Shown here in pieces: positions 8,617 to 17,899 of a stretch of 64,000 nt of DNA. Numbering within the stretch: position 1 is the stretch's first letter; every line of letters begins with the position of its first letter. The notes beneath the pieces are model-generated. The model had not been told where the DNA came from. It saw only the letters and a program-made list of their open reading frames with translations, and ran no database searches. A program made the translations under genes and the position numbers. This stretch comes from an uncultured Chloroflexota bacterium (GTDB lineage: Bacteria; Chloroflexota; UBA6077; SHYK01), in NCBI GenBank assembly GCA_964417895.1, contig CAYQJS010000004.1, positions 51,724 to 115,723 of the forward strand, in the 5' to 3' direction.

Positions 8617-10332
8617 TCACGCCTTGACGTCCCACTCGTGGGCGTTCCAGCCGTGGGTGCCGCGGGACGTCCGGGCCACGACGTGCAGCACTCGCTGGTT
8701 CACCAGGATAGGCTCGATGGTGTAGAAGATCCCCATGAGGAGCACCTGGTCGGCGATGTGGGTGATGATCTCCGAGGCGATGGCGACGCGGTCCTGGCGG
8801 GCTACCGTGACATAGTACCGATCGATGAGCGCGTCGAACTCCGGGTTCGCATAGCGCGAGATGTTCGACCCCGTGTAGTTGGACTCCTGCCGCGGTGACT
8901 GCGTGCTGTGGAGGTTGCTCAGCGCCCGAAGCTGGTTCGGTCGCTGCGTGAGCTGGAACGCCGGGAAGCTCGTTACCCATTCCGCGTCCGATAGCCGCTG
9001 CGTCGGCACGATCATCGGCTCCACCGCGACACCAGCCTTCTGCCAGTAATCGGCAATGGAGAAAAGGAGCTTACGCCGCAAGTCGTCGCCGGCGTTGGCG
9101 CGCACCTCCAGCGAGAGCTTGCGGTTCGCGGCATCCACGAAGCTCCCGTCCTGGCCTCTCGTGTAACCGAGGCCTTCGATGATCTGCGTCGCCCGCCGCA
9201 CATCGAACTCGTACTTCGCTACGAGGGGGTCGATCTCCGCGAACTCGGGCTCCGTGGGGCTCATGTAACTGTGGGCCACAGAAGTGAGGCCGGCCATGAA
9301 CGTGTTCACCATCTCCTGGCGGTCCATGGCATGAAGCAGAGCGCGGCGGAACTGGGGATCGGTCACCAACACGGGGCTCGGCGTGAGGAACTGCGGCCAC
9401 AGCTGGATCCACGTGTACGGAGCAGCTTCCACCCGCCCTTCGCGCCATCGCTCCTGGACCTGCGTCGCCTCTTCGACCGAAAGGCCCCTCCCCATCGTGA
9501 AGTCCACGGCGCCAGCGAGGATGCTCGCCACGAGCGTGTTGGAGTCAGCGAGGAAGCGGATCTCAACCTCGTCGATCCTGGGTCGCCCCAGCGCGTAGCG
9601 ATCGTTCGCCTCTACGACCAGGTGGCTACCGCGCTCCCAGGCCTTCAGCTTGAACGGGCCTGTGCCCACGAACTCGTGGCTCCAGTGAGGCAGCTCGACG
9701 TAGCCGGCCTTGTTCTCCATGTAGGCCCGCTCGAGAAGGTGCTTTGGCTGCGGCATGCCGAGCCCCGGCGAGAACAGCGCGTCGGCCCCGATGTAGGGCA
9801 CCCTCCACCGGGCGATCACCGTGTGGGCGTCCACCGCCTCCACGCCCTCCAGGTTCTGATACGCCCGGTCGCGGAAAACACCCACATCGCGGTCCTGAAC
9901 GACCTGGGCTGTGAACACCAGGTCGTCTGCCGTAAACGCGGCGCCGTCGTGCCACTGGCTGTTGGGCCTGATCCTCCAGGTCGTCTCCATTCGGCCGTCA
10001 GGAAATACTTTCCAGAGACCGTTCTCGAGGCTTGGTATCGCCTCGGCCAGTCTGGGCGCGAGGGCCGCGCCCTTGTCCAGGGTGCTGAGCCCGGCGTGGA
10101 CGAGCTCTTCGAGGGCCTCCGAACCGGGCGGTGTGTACGCGCCCGCGGAGCTGATCTGGTAGTTCAGGGCGAACGGGTCTCCCAGGATCGCCGCGGTCAC
10201 GCGCTTCGGCGCCGATGGCCGGGTGACCTGCGCGTTGTCGCTCGGGGTCCGCGGGCCTTGCGGCGCGGCGCAGCCGGCCACGACGAGCGCCAGGACGAGG
10301 CTAAAGGAACGGAGTAGGTTGGCGGTGCTCAC
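8617..10332 (-). CDS. ABC transporter substrate-binding lipoprotein (family 5, peptide/nickel type)
   Basis: GTG 10332 preceded by ggaggtg; signal peptide with lipobox LVVAGC; family-5 SBP length and composition; the track start at 10359 lies inside a heptamer array. Confidence 0.85.
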   Translation of the reverse strand: MSTANLLRSFSLVLALVVAGCAAPQGPRTPSDNAQVTRPSAPKRVTAAILGDPFALNYQISSAGAYTPPGSEALEELVHAGLSTLDKGAALAPRLAEAIPSLENGLWKVFPDGRMETTWRIRPNSQWHDGAAFTADDLVFTAQVVQDRDVGVFRDRAYQNLEGVEAVDAHTVIARWRVPYIGADALFSPGLGMPQPKHLLERAYMENKAGYVELPHWSHEFVGTGPFKLKAWERGSHLVVEANDRYALGRPRIDEVEIRFLADSNTLVASILAGAVDFTMGRGLSVEEATQVQERWREGRVEAAPYTWIQLWPQFLTPSPVLVTDPQFRRALLHAMDRQEMVNTFMAGLTSVAHSYMSPTEPEFAEIDPLVAKYEFDVRRATQIIEGLGYTRGQDGSFVDAANRKLSLEVRANAGDDLRRKLLFSIADYWQKAGVAVEPMIVPTQRLSDAEWVTSFPAFQLTQRPNQLRALSNLHSTQSPRQESNYTGSNISRYANPEFDALIDRYYVTVARQDRVAIASEIITHIADQVLLMGIFYTIEPILVNQRVLHVVARTSRGTHGWNAHEWDVKA

Positions 10333-10352
10333 GCGCTCACCTCCGAAAACGA

Positions 10353-10394
10353 GTCCCAAGTCCCAGGTCCCAAGTCCCAGGTCCCAGGTACCGA
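10353..10394. repeat. tandem heptamer array, 6 x GTCCCAG/GTCCCAA
   Basis: gtcccaa gtcccag gtcccaa gtcccag gtcccag gtaccga, between the amidohydrolase stop and the SBP start. Confidence 0.9.
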
Positions 10395-10401
10395 GCCGCC
10401 T

Positions 10402-11511
10402 TCAGTTGACCGCCGCCAGGCCCGCCATCGGCTCCCGGCTCTTACCGACCGGGAGCCCGAAGAACTCGGCGGCGTTGAGCCCGAGGATCCGATCCTTCTG
10501 CGCCTCGGTGAGGCGCGTGTTGGTCACCACGTCATCGATGCACGACTCGCCGGCGCCGCCCAGACCATGGGGGAAGTCGATAGCCATCATCAGGCGGTCC
10601 GCGCCGTAGCGCTGCGTGACGTACGTCAACGTCTCCTTCTCCGTGCTAACGTTCGCGGCGATCCAGACCTGGTCAAGGTACTCGTGGGGTCGCTTGGCGA
10701 TCAGCTCGTTGACGCCCTCCTGGTCGTACACCTCGTTGAGTCGATCCATGAGCGTGGGCAGATAGCCGCAACCTGTCTCGAGGAGCCCGATGCGGAGGCG
10801 CGGGAACATGTCGAACACACCTCCGCAGATGAACGAGGTGATGGCCAGCGTTCCCTCGTACAGGAAGCCAAGCGCATTGTCGAGGTGAAACTTGGTGAGA
10901 CGTTCGAGGCCCAGCAACACGCCGCTTCGGCTGGGGTGGAGGTAAAGCGGGACCCCCAGCTCCTCGATCCTGGCGTAGACGGGCCAGAACTGCGGCTCGT
11001 CCAAGTTCTGGCCGTTCACATTGGTGAACATGGTGGCCGCATGGAGCCCGAGCTGCTTCACCGCCCGCTCGATCTCTTCGACCGCGCGCGTTGGGCTCTG
11101 CATCGGCAGGTGCGCGATGCCGAGGAAGCGACCGGGGAACCTGTTCAGGACCCGGGACATGGCGTTGTTGTAGGACTGGCACACGCTCGTCGCCAGATCC
11201 GCGTCCACGTCGTAGTGGAAGCACTCGTTGGAGGGCACAAGGACCTGCATATCGATGCCAAGCCGGTCGAGGAACTCGATGCGCAGCTCCGGCTCCCAGA
11301 ATCCGGGCCGCTGGCGCCGAAGCTGCAGGAGGTTCGGCAACACGTCGTGCTGATGGTGCGACATGTGGGCCTCTCGCTCCGGATAGGTGATCCGACAGCG
11401 GCCGCCGGCGTCGCACCATAGCCGCGGTCGGCGGTCGCCGAACCTGGGGTCGACGTCGTCGAACACATCCTTGGGGAAGAAGTGCGAGTCGCAGTCGATG
11501 CGTATCGCCAT
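10402..11511 (-). CDS. amidohydrolase family protein (amidohydrolase_2 / ACMSD-like)
   Basis: Start taken at MAIRIDCDSHFFPKD (ATG 11511, ggagg SD upstream); metal-binding DxH at N-terminus; the longer track ORF would overlap the upstream MFS gene. Confidence 0.85.
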   Translation of the reverse strand: MAIRIDCDSHFFPKDVFDDVDPRFGDRRPRLWCDAGGRCRITYPEREAHMSHHQHDVLPNLLQLRRQRPGFWEPELRIEFLDRLGIDMQVLVPSNECFHYDVDADLATSVCQSYNNAMSRVLNRFPGRFLGIAHLPMQSPTRAVEEIERAVKQLGLHAATMFTNVNGQNLDEPQFWPVYARIEELGVPLYLHPSRSGVLLGLERLTKFHLDNALGFLYEGTLAITSFICGGVFDMFPRLRIGLLETGCGYLPTLMDRLNEVYDQEGVNELIAKRPHEYLDQVWIAANVSTEKETLTYVTQRYGADRLMMAIDFPHGLGGAGESCIDDVVTNTRLTEAQKDRILGLNAAEFFGLPVGKSREPMAGLAAVN

Positions 11512-11552
11512 CGTCGTCGAGCCTCCGATCGAGAATGGGCTACAGCATAGCG

Positions 11553-12830
11553 CTATCCGGCCTTGCGTGCCGTCGCTGGCTCGGTGGCGCCGGCCATTCC
11601 CGCCGTTTGCCTCTTCAGGGGTTCTTTCACCTGGGTCCCGAGAACGAGCGCTGTGGCCATTGCCGTCGCGCACAGAAACATGAAGGCTATGCCGTAGTCA
11701 TAGGCCTCCGCCAGGTAGGCGAAGGCCAGCGGGCTCGCCACCTGGCCCACTTCACCGACCGTCCGCCAGACGCCAAAGAACTTGCCGCGCACGTGCGCGG
11801 GTGCGATGTCCGATCCGATCACCTGCATATTGCCCGAAGTGATGTTCTGGGCCGCGTGCATCACCAGGAATGCCACCACGAAGGCCTCGAAGGGAAGCCG
11901 CAGGAACGCCGTCGCGGCGATGAAGGCGAGGCCCAGGCTCAGCAGGACGAAGCCGGGTACGACCGTCTTCTTGCGGCCGAAGCGATCCATGATGGCGCCT
12001 GTCGAGAAGACGATGGGGATGCCGACGGCGCCCGCCATGGTGCTGATGACGCCCAGGGTTTCCGGGCCGATGCCATACCAGTAGACGGGGTACAGATTGA
12101 CGGCGCCGGAGTGGAGCGTGCCCCGGGTCAGCGAGGCGAGGAACTGGGCGAAAAAGAAGATGAGCACGGGGTAGACGAGCAGCGCCGCGATGGTGGACTG
12201 CGAGGGCCCGCCTCCTCCCTCGGCCCGCGCCGACCGCCCGCTGGCCGGCGCGGTCTCACGCAGCACCTTGTAGCTGGGGATGATGGCGAGCAGCGACAGG
12301 ACGCCGTGGAGGATGAAGGGCACACGGATGTCCCAGGCGGCGGCGAGGAATCCGCCCGCGGTCGGACCCAGCAGTCGACCGACGGTCTCCATGCCCAGCA
12401 TGCCGGTGATCTGTCGGCCGCGCTGCCGATCGCCGCCGGTGTCGGCGATCATGGCCAGCCGCCCCAGCATCCACATCTGCTGCGCCCACCCGCCGAGAAA
12501 GCGGTACACCAGCAGCTCGGGGAACGACTGAGCAGAGGCCGTCAGAAACGACGACAGCGCCACCAGCACGGGACCGAGCAGGACGACCTTCCGTCGGCCG
12601 AATCGGTCCACCAGAAAGCCGGTGGGAATCGAGGCCAGGAGGCCGCCCAGCATGTGGGCGACGAACACCTGGGAAGCGACGCCGAACGAGACGTCGAAAG
12701 ACTTGACGTACACGGGGAGCGCGGGGATGGCAATGCCCGCCCCGAGCGCGAGCGTGGCGGCGGGGAGATAGAGGGAAAGGATGTTCTCCCGGGACAGGAC
12801 GCGGGTGTTGGTCCGCTGTTCTTGGCTCAT
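11553..12830 (-). CDS. MFS transporter
   Basis: 12-TM-like hydrophobic pattern; DRFGRRK motif between TM2 and TM3. Confidence 0.85.
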   Translation of the reverse strand: MSQEQRTNTRVLSRENILSLYLPAATLALGAGIAIPALPVYVKSFDVSFGVASQVFVAHMLGGLLASIPTGFLVDRFGRRKVVLLGPVLVALSSFLTASAQSFPELLVYRFLGGWAQQMWMLGRLAMIADTGGDRQRGRQITGMLGMETVGRLLGPTAGGFLAAAWDIRVPFILHGVLSLLAIIPSYKVLRETAPASGRSARAEGGGGPSQSTIAALLVYPVLIFFFAQFLASLTRGTLHSGAVNLYPVYWYGIGPETLGVISTMAGAVGIPIVFSTGAIMDRFGRKKTVVPGFVLLSLGLAFIAATAFLRLPFEAFVVAFLVMHAAQNITSGNMQVIGSDIAPAHVRGKFFGVWRTVGEVGQVASPLAFAYLAEAYDYGIAFMFLCATAMATALVLGTQVKEPLKRQTAGMAGATEPATARKAG

Positions 12831-13261
12831 GGCTCATTCGCCGCACTGAGCAGACGAACTCGCGGAAAACGCGCCTGCGCGACATTGAAAAGCCGCGCAT
12901 CGGCAGTCCACAAAGGCGCGCCGTATCGCTCGGCAACGGCGAGGTAAGCGGCGTCGTACGCACGAAGCTGGCCCAGCTCGGCTGCGATCTCACACGCCCG
13001 GGCCACAAGATCTGAATCGTGCGGCTTGTGGATCGCACGCCGCAGAAAGTAGCCGAGCGCCTCGATCGATTCCCGGGCCGTGATTCTTCGGCGAAACGCC
13101 TGGAGGCGGAGGATTGACGCGACTTCGTAGTCCAAGAGAGCCGGAGCGACGACCGCCTCCGCCGCCTCTTCCCATCGGGCCCAGATCCTTTCGGCGCTCT
13201 CCGAGTCGGATTCCGGAAGAAACAGCTTGATAACAAGACTTGCGTCAACACACACCGTCAT
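12827..13261 (-). CDS. vapC: type II toxin VapC (PIN domain)
   Basis: MTVCVDASLVIKLF... and ...AYDAAYLAVAE... acidic PIN residues; start 13261 overlaps the antitoxin; stop overlaps the MFS start (ATGA at 12827-12830). Confidence 0.8.
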   Translation of the reverse strand: MTVCVDASLVIKLFLPESDSESAERIWARWEEAAEAVVAPALLDYEVASILRLQAFRRRITARESIEALGYFLRRAIHKPHDSDLVARACEIAAELGQLRAYDAAYLAVAERYGAPLWTADARLFNVAQARFPRVRLLSAANEP

Positions 13262-13646
13262 CAGGCTCCTCGCCCCGTACGACCCCCAGAGCTTCGATCG
13301 TGGGTATGAGGGTTCGACCCGCAAGCATGCGCCGCGACTTCCGGGCACCCTCGATCCACTGATGCATGAGGGCACGTAGTTCCTGCGATCCCTCCGGAGG
13401 CAGGTCGTCATCAGGGACCTCGCCACGGATGATCCCGATCGCCTGGACCGAGGAAATTAGGCTTCGCGGCTTCAGTTCGGGATGTAGCGCCGCCTCGACA
13501 TCGTCACGAAACACAAGCTTGCTCCGTCGGTCCGCAGGGTTGGGATGGGTGGGCACTCCTGTTCGACGCACGAGTCGCGTCATTCGAGACGCGTTTACCC
13601 CGTACTCCGCTGCCGCCTCTTTCAGCGTGAGGAAATCGGAGGGCAT
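13245..13646 (-). CDS. putative VapB-type antitoxin with N-terminal HTH (excisionase/MerR-like)
   Basis: FLTLKEAAAEYGVNASRMTRLVRR HTH; two internal A(I/L)G(I/V)(I/V)RGExPDD repeats; 17 nt overlap with vapC. Confidence 0.6.
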   Translation of the reverse strand: MPSDFLTLKEAAAEYGVNASRMTRLVRRTGVPTHPNPADRRSKLVFRDDVEAALHPELKPRSLISSVQAIGIIRGEVPDDDLPPEGSQELRALMHQWIEGARKSRRMLAGRTLIPTIEALGVVRGEEPDDGVC

Positions 13647-13891
13647 GACGCAATCTTAGGGCGGCCCTGCAACTATCTGCAAGTACTTTTCGGGCCTCAG
13701 CCAGAGAGGGATTCCAGCAGCGGGCCGGCTGGAATCGGGACGCCGAGCGCTACTACGAACAGGACATAGAAGCCAGGCCGGCTGCGGCGGAGAGAACGAT
13801 GGACAGAGTCCATGACTCACCCGCCGCGACCTTCAAGTAGAGAAAGGTGACCAGGAGGATGGCGACGGTGAACCCCAGAAGCGCGATGGCG

Positions 13892-14213
13892 ACTGCGAAT
13901 CCGATGAGAGGTGGTTCGCGGCGATGAGGCTGCCGGCGCCCTCCATGTTGTCCACGACGATGTTCGGGTTGCCGGGGATGTGGTTGGGAAGATGTCGGGA
14001 GAGGACCCGCGCTGTCGTGTCGAAGCCTCCGCCGGGCGCGAAGCCCACGACGATGGTGATCGTCTTGCCCCGGTAGAAGTCGGACACCGCTTGCGCGCCG
14101 CCCCCGGCGGCCTCGCAACGTGACGGCGGAGCCCCCGTGCGTGACGTACACGCGGCCATCGCCAGCGCAATGAGGTGTCGAAGGCCCCATCGAGACCATT
14201 GGTGCAGCACCAT
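13892..14213 (-). pseudogene. tripartite tricarboxylate transporter substrate-binding protein (TctC/Bug family), N-terminal remnant
   Basis: FYRGKTITIVVGFAPGGGFDTTARVLSRHLPNHIPGNPNIVVDNMEGAGSLIAANHL, then similarity is lost; a different frame downstream encodes only a TM-helix tail. Confidence 0.55.
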
Positions 14214-14222
14214 CTCGCCTCC

Positions 14223-14287
14223 GTGACTGCTCGTCGTGATTGCCTGTCGTAATTGCCTGTCGTGATTGCCTGTCGTGATTGCCTGTA
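14223..14287. repeat. 5 x 13-bp tandem repeat (gtgattgcctgtc)
   Basis: gtgactgctcgtc gtgattgcctgtc gtaattgcctgtc gtgattgcctgtc gtgattgcctgta in a divergent intergenic region. Confidence 0.9.
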
Positions 14288-14350
14288 TCGTAGATACGCG
14301 GCGTTCGGCACGCTAGTTTCCTCCAGATAGCCCGCCACTTCATGGTGTCC

Positions 14351-14787
14351 ATGCACATCTTCACGATCGGTTACAGCAAGAGGAGTGCACCCGAGTTCTT
14401 CGGCGCACTTCGGCGAGCGGGCATCAGGCGGTGCGTTGACGTTCGTCTGGCCAACACGTCACAGCTTGCCGGCTTCACCAAGCGCGGCGATCTTCCATTC
14501 TTCCTCCGAGAGCTCTGCGGCGCGGAGTACATCGCCGAACCGCTCCTCGTACCGACCCGGGACCTGGTCGACGCCTACAGAAAGGGGAAAGCGAGCTGGG
14601 AGGAGTACGAGCGGCGCTTCCTCCAGCTGCTGGCTGAGCGCAAGGTCGAGGTCGAACTAGACCCGAGGCTGTTCGACGTCCCCACCGTCCTCCCTGCGTC
14701 GAGCAAACCGCCGAGCATTGCCACCGGCGGCTGGTGCTCGAGTACCTCGAGGATGCGTGGGGCGAACTCTCGGTCACGCATCTCTAG
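14351..14787 (+). pseudogene. DUF488 family protein, frameshifted
   Basis: MHIFTIGYSKRSAPEFF...FDVPTVL in frame 2, then CVEQTAEHCHRRLVLEYLEDAWGELSVTHL* in frame 1; the switch is in the C-run at 14689-14694. Confidence 0.6.
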
Positions 14788-14810
14788 CACCTGTGCTACG
14801 ATGCAGCACC

Positions 14811-15095
14811 ATGAAACGGATCAGCGTGCGGGAGCTGCGCCAGTACGCGAGCGTCTGGCTTCGCCGCGTGGAGGCGGGGGAAACCCTTGAGATCACCAAT
14901 CGCGGGCGACCGGTGGCGGTGCTGGCCCCGCACCCCCAGGGCGACGAGCTAGAGCGGCTCATCGCCTCGGGAAGGGTGACACCTGCCAAGGGCGATCTGA
15001 TCGAGTTCCTCAAGCGCAATCCACCTCTCGAACCAGTGCCCGGCCAGCCCCTGCCCTCAAAGGTACTAGAGGACATGCGTGCTGACGAGCGCTGA
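14811..15095 (+). CDS. type II antitoxin, Phd/YefM family
   Basis: MKRISVRELRQYASVWLRRVEAGETLEITNRGRPVAVL; overlaps the downstream vapC. Confidence 0.8.
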   Translation: MKRISVRELRQYASVWLRRVEAGETLEITNRGRPVAVLAPHPQGDELERLIASGRVTPAKGDLIEFLKRNPPLEPVPGQPLPSKVLEDMRADER

Positions 15096-15498
15096 CCTCG
15101 TTTACCTCGACTCGTCAGCGCTGGTGAAACTGGTCGTCCACGAAGCCGAATCAGCAGACCTGGATCGGTACCTCAGCGGCCAGCACGGTCGCGCTTCCTG
15201 CGTTCTCGCCTGGGTGGAGGTAGTTCGAGCAGTGCGAGGTCAGGGCCCCTCGGCTGTGGCGCGTGCCCGCGGTGTCCTGGCAGACCTCCTTCTTGTTCGA
15301 CTGGACAACGACATCCTAGACACGGCTGCGGAGATCGATCCACCTGCGTTGCGCAGCCTCGATGCAATCCATCTCGCCGCGGCACGCGCCCTCGGTAGCA
15401 GGCTCGCGACCGTCGTGACCTACGACCGAAGAATGGCCCAGGCTTCCCGAGAATTGGGCATGAAGGTCGCAGCACCGGGCACAGCACTCAACTCTTGA
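15079..15498 (+). CDS. vapC: type II toxin VapC (PIN domain)
   Basis: VYLDSSALVKLVVHE...LDAIHLAAA...TYDRRM; GTG start overlapping the antitoxin end. Confidence 0.85.
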   Translation: MLTSADLVYLDSSALVKLVVHEAESADLDRYLSGQHGRASCVLAWVEVVRAVRGQGPSAVARARGVLADLLLVRLDNDILDTAAEIDPPALRSLDAIHLAAARALGSRLATVVTYDRRMAQASRELGMKVAAPGTALNS

Positions 15499-15731
15499 CC
15501 CCTCGAGATCACCCACCAAGAGCCCGGAGCCAGTGCCGTGTGTGGTACGCTCCGACACACACGCGAAGCCGTCCTGGGCGTGTCCCTGGGGGTAGCTCCA
15601 TGAGGCGTCTTACCCGTGTCCTGAAGCACACTCGGATGCCGCGCCTGATCGGCGCTGCTATCTGCGGTGTCGTCGTCCTGGCCGATTGGGGATCGCGGAT
15701 GCGGTGCCGATCTCGACGAGGAGTGTAAGCC

Positions 15732-16901
15732 ATGGCTAACCAGGAGTATCTGCGGTGGGGCATTGCCGGCATTGGATCGGGGGCCAGTAATCTGCTCGGC
15801 GGCTTTGCGCGCAGCCCGCACGTGAAGGTGACGGCGGCCGCCGACATCCGCAAGGAGGCCGTCGAGGCCTTCGGCCGCGAGTTCGGTTGCGAGACCTACC
15901 TCTCCGTCGAGGACATGTGTAAGAGCCCGAACGTCGACGCCGTGTGGGTCGCGACCCCCAACCATTTGCACGCTGAGCACGTCATCGCCGCGGTGGAGCA
16001 CGGCAAGCACTGCACGGTCTCCAAGCCCATGGCCATCACCCTCGAAGAATGCGAGGCCATGAACCAGGCCGCGGAGCGGAACGGCGTCGTCCTCCTGAGC
16101 GGCCACACACAGAGCATGCTGCCGCCGGTCCGAGCGATGGCCGAGGAGGTCCGCAGCGGCAAGTACGGCAAATTGGGGATGATCCACAGCTGGCACTACA
16201 ACGACTGGATGTACCGGCCCCGCATGCCCTACGAGCTCGACGTCGCCATGGGCGGCGGCCTCATCTATCGGCAGTCTCCCCACCACATCGACATCGTGCG
16301 CCTGATCGGTGGCGGCCTCGTACGATCGGTCCGCGCCCAGACCATGGTCCTGGACCCCGAGCGCCACGCGCCCGGTATGTTCGTCGCCTACCTGGAGTTC
16401 GAGGGGCGCATTCCCTGCACGATCGTCTACAACGGCTACGGCCACTTTGAGTCGTCAGAGCTGACCTTCGGCGGCCGATACTCCCCGGGTAGGGTGACGA
16501 AGGCGACGACACTCGAGGAGGAGGCGGCGATGAAAGAGGCGCGCCGCTACACCGCCGGCGGGCAGAGCCGCGCCGAGGTGGACTCCCAGGCGGCCGAGGA
16601 GCCGACTCACGGCGCCTTTGGGCTGACCATCGCGACATGCGAGCGGGCCGACATCCGTCAGTCACCGCACGGGCTCTGGGTGTACGACGCCGAGGGCAAG
16701 CACGAGATCGTGGTCCCCAAGGACGCCGTGCGGGGGGAAGCCGAGTTCGAGGAGATGTACCAAGCGGTCGTGAACAAGAAGCATGTTGTACACGATGGGC
16801 GGTGGGGCGAGGCGACCCACGAGGTCACCGTGGCCATCATGGAGTCCGCCCGCACCGGGAATGAGGTGTTCCTCTCGCACCAGGTGCCGGTGCCGGAGTA
16901 A
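15732..16901 (+). CDS. Gfo/Idh/MocA family oxidoreductase
   Basis: N-terminal Rossmann GIAGIGSGASN, ...VATPNHLHAEHVIAAVEHGKHCTVSKPMA. Confidence 0.85.
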   Translation: MANQEYLRWGIAGIGSGASNLLGGFARSPHVKVTAAADIRKEAVEAFGREFGCETYLSVEDMCKSPNVDAVWVATPNHLHAEHVIAAVEHGKHCTVSKPMAITLEECEAMNQAAERNGVVLLSGHTQSMLPPVRAMAEEVRSGKYGKLGMIHSWHYNDWMYRPRMPYELDVAMGGGLIYRQSPHHIDIVRLIGGGLVRSVRAQTMVLDPERHAPGMFVAYLEFEGRIPCTIVYNGYGHFESSELTFGGRYSPGRVTKATTLEEEAAMKEARRYTAGGQSRAEVDSQAAEEPTHGAFGLTIATCERADIRQSPHGLWVYDAEGKHEIVVPKDAVRGEAEFEEMYQAVVNKKHVVHDGRWGEATHEVTVAIMESARTGNEVFLSHQVPVPE

Positions 16902-16904
16902 CAA

Positions 16905-17058
16905 CCCCCTCTACCTCTGGGAGAGGGCAGGGGTGAGGGCGCCACCCTCTTCCTCTTGGGAGAGCGGGGTTTGGGCGCGCCGCCCGGGGAACGCCCTCAC
17001 CCGACTCGTCCCGATCGCTCGGGGCTCGCCGGCCTCTCCCAGAGGGAGGCGTGGAGGT
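16905..17058. repeat. REP-like hairpin elements, family 2 (ccctctcccagagggag...ggtgagggcg), about 3 copies
   Basis: ccctctacctctgggagagggcaggggtgagggcg; ccctcttcctcttgggagagcgggg; cctctcccagagggagg. Confidence 0.8.
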
Positions 17059-17061
17059 GGA

Positions 17062-17808
17062 ATGGCACACGCCTGGATCGGGACATCCGGCTTCGGCTAC
17101 AAGGAATGGAAGCCGAAGTTCTACCCGCCGGACGTCCCCGAGAAGCGGTTCCTTCCCTTCTACGCGTCGCGCTTCGATAGCGTCGAGATCGACTACACCT
17201 TCTACCGCATGCCGAACCGGAAGATCATCGACTCCTGGAAAGCCGCGACGCCCGACGGCTTCCGCTTCGCGTTGAAGGCGTCGCAGCGGATCACCCACCG
17301 TGAGCGCTTGCGCCTGCCCTCCGACAGCCTCGGTTATTGGCTCGAGACCATAGCCGGCATGGGCGAGCGCCTCGGCATCGTCCTCTACCAGCTGCCACCT
17401 TTCTTCCACTGCGACCTCGAGCGGCTGGAGGCATTCCTCGCAGCATTGCCCGGCGGCATGGCCGCCGCCTTCGAGTTCCGCCACGCGTCATGGTTCGTGG
17501 ACGACGTGTACCGCCTCCTGGAGCAAAGTGGCGCGGCTCTCTGCATCAACGACGGCGACGATAGCACCACGCCCATCCGGCTCACGGCGCCGGCCACCTA
17601 TGTGCGCCTGCGCAAGTCCGCGTACCCGGCCGAGCTACGCGAAGAGTGGACCGACCGCATCCGCGGCTGGGTCAAAGAGGGGGTCGACGTCTTCGCATAC
17701 ATCAAACACGAGGACAACCCGGACGCACCGCTCATTGCGGGGGAGTTCGCGGAAGGTCTCCTCGACGCTGAGGCTCCGGCGCAAACGCCGGCCTATGGCT
17801 CGGGCTGA
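17062..17808 (+). CDS. DUF72 (UPF0759) family protein
   Basis: MAHAWIGTSGFGYKEWKPKFYP...FYASRFDSVEIDYTFYRMP; ATG 17062 after ggaggtgg; the track ORF extends upstream through repeats. Confidence 0.85.
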   Translation: MAHAWIGTSGFGYKEWKPKFYPPDVPEKRFLPFYASRFDSVEIDYTFYRMPNRKIIDSWKAATPDGFRFALKASQRITHRERLRLPSDSLGYWLETIAGMGERLGIVLYQLPPFFHCDLERLEAFLAALPGGMAAAFEFRHASWFVDDVYRLLEQSGAALCINDGDDSTTPIRLTAPATYVRLRKSAYPAELREEWTDRIRGWVKEGVDVFAYIKHEDNPDAPLIAGEFAEGLLDAEAPAQTPAYGSG

Positions 17809-17899
17809 AGCGCTTCTCTAGGGGAGCGGGCCAACAACACCCTCGATAGACCTCTGTAAGCCGCGGTTTCCCGAGTAATACCCTCCGCCATCCGACCGA

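Noticed and set aside
11535-12947. Long antisense ORFs (11535..12947 +, 9271..10317 +, 15420..16445 -, 19640..20902 +, 21174..22187 -, 61200..62723 +, 10567..11421 +)
   Set aside because: Each lies opposite a gene with clear family motifs. They have Arg/Gly/Pro/Ala-rich low-complexity translations typical of shadow ORFs in high-GC DNA, and no motifs.
13753-14364. 203-aa minus-strand ORF spanning the 13-bp tandem array
   Set aside because: It is a composite of a TM-helix remnant, an out-of-frame TctC remnant and repeat-encoded residues (ITTGNHD...), not a coherent protein.
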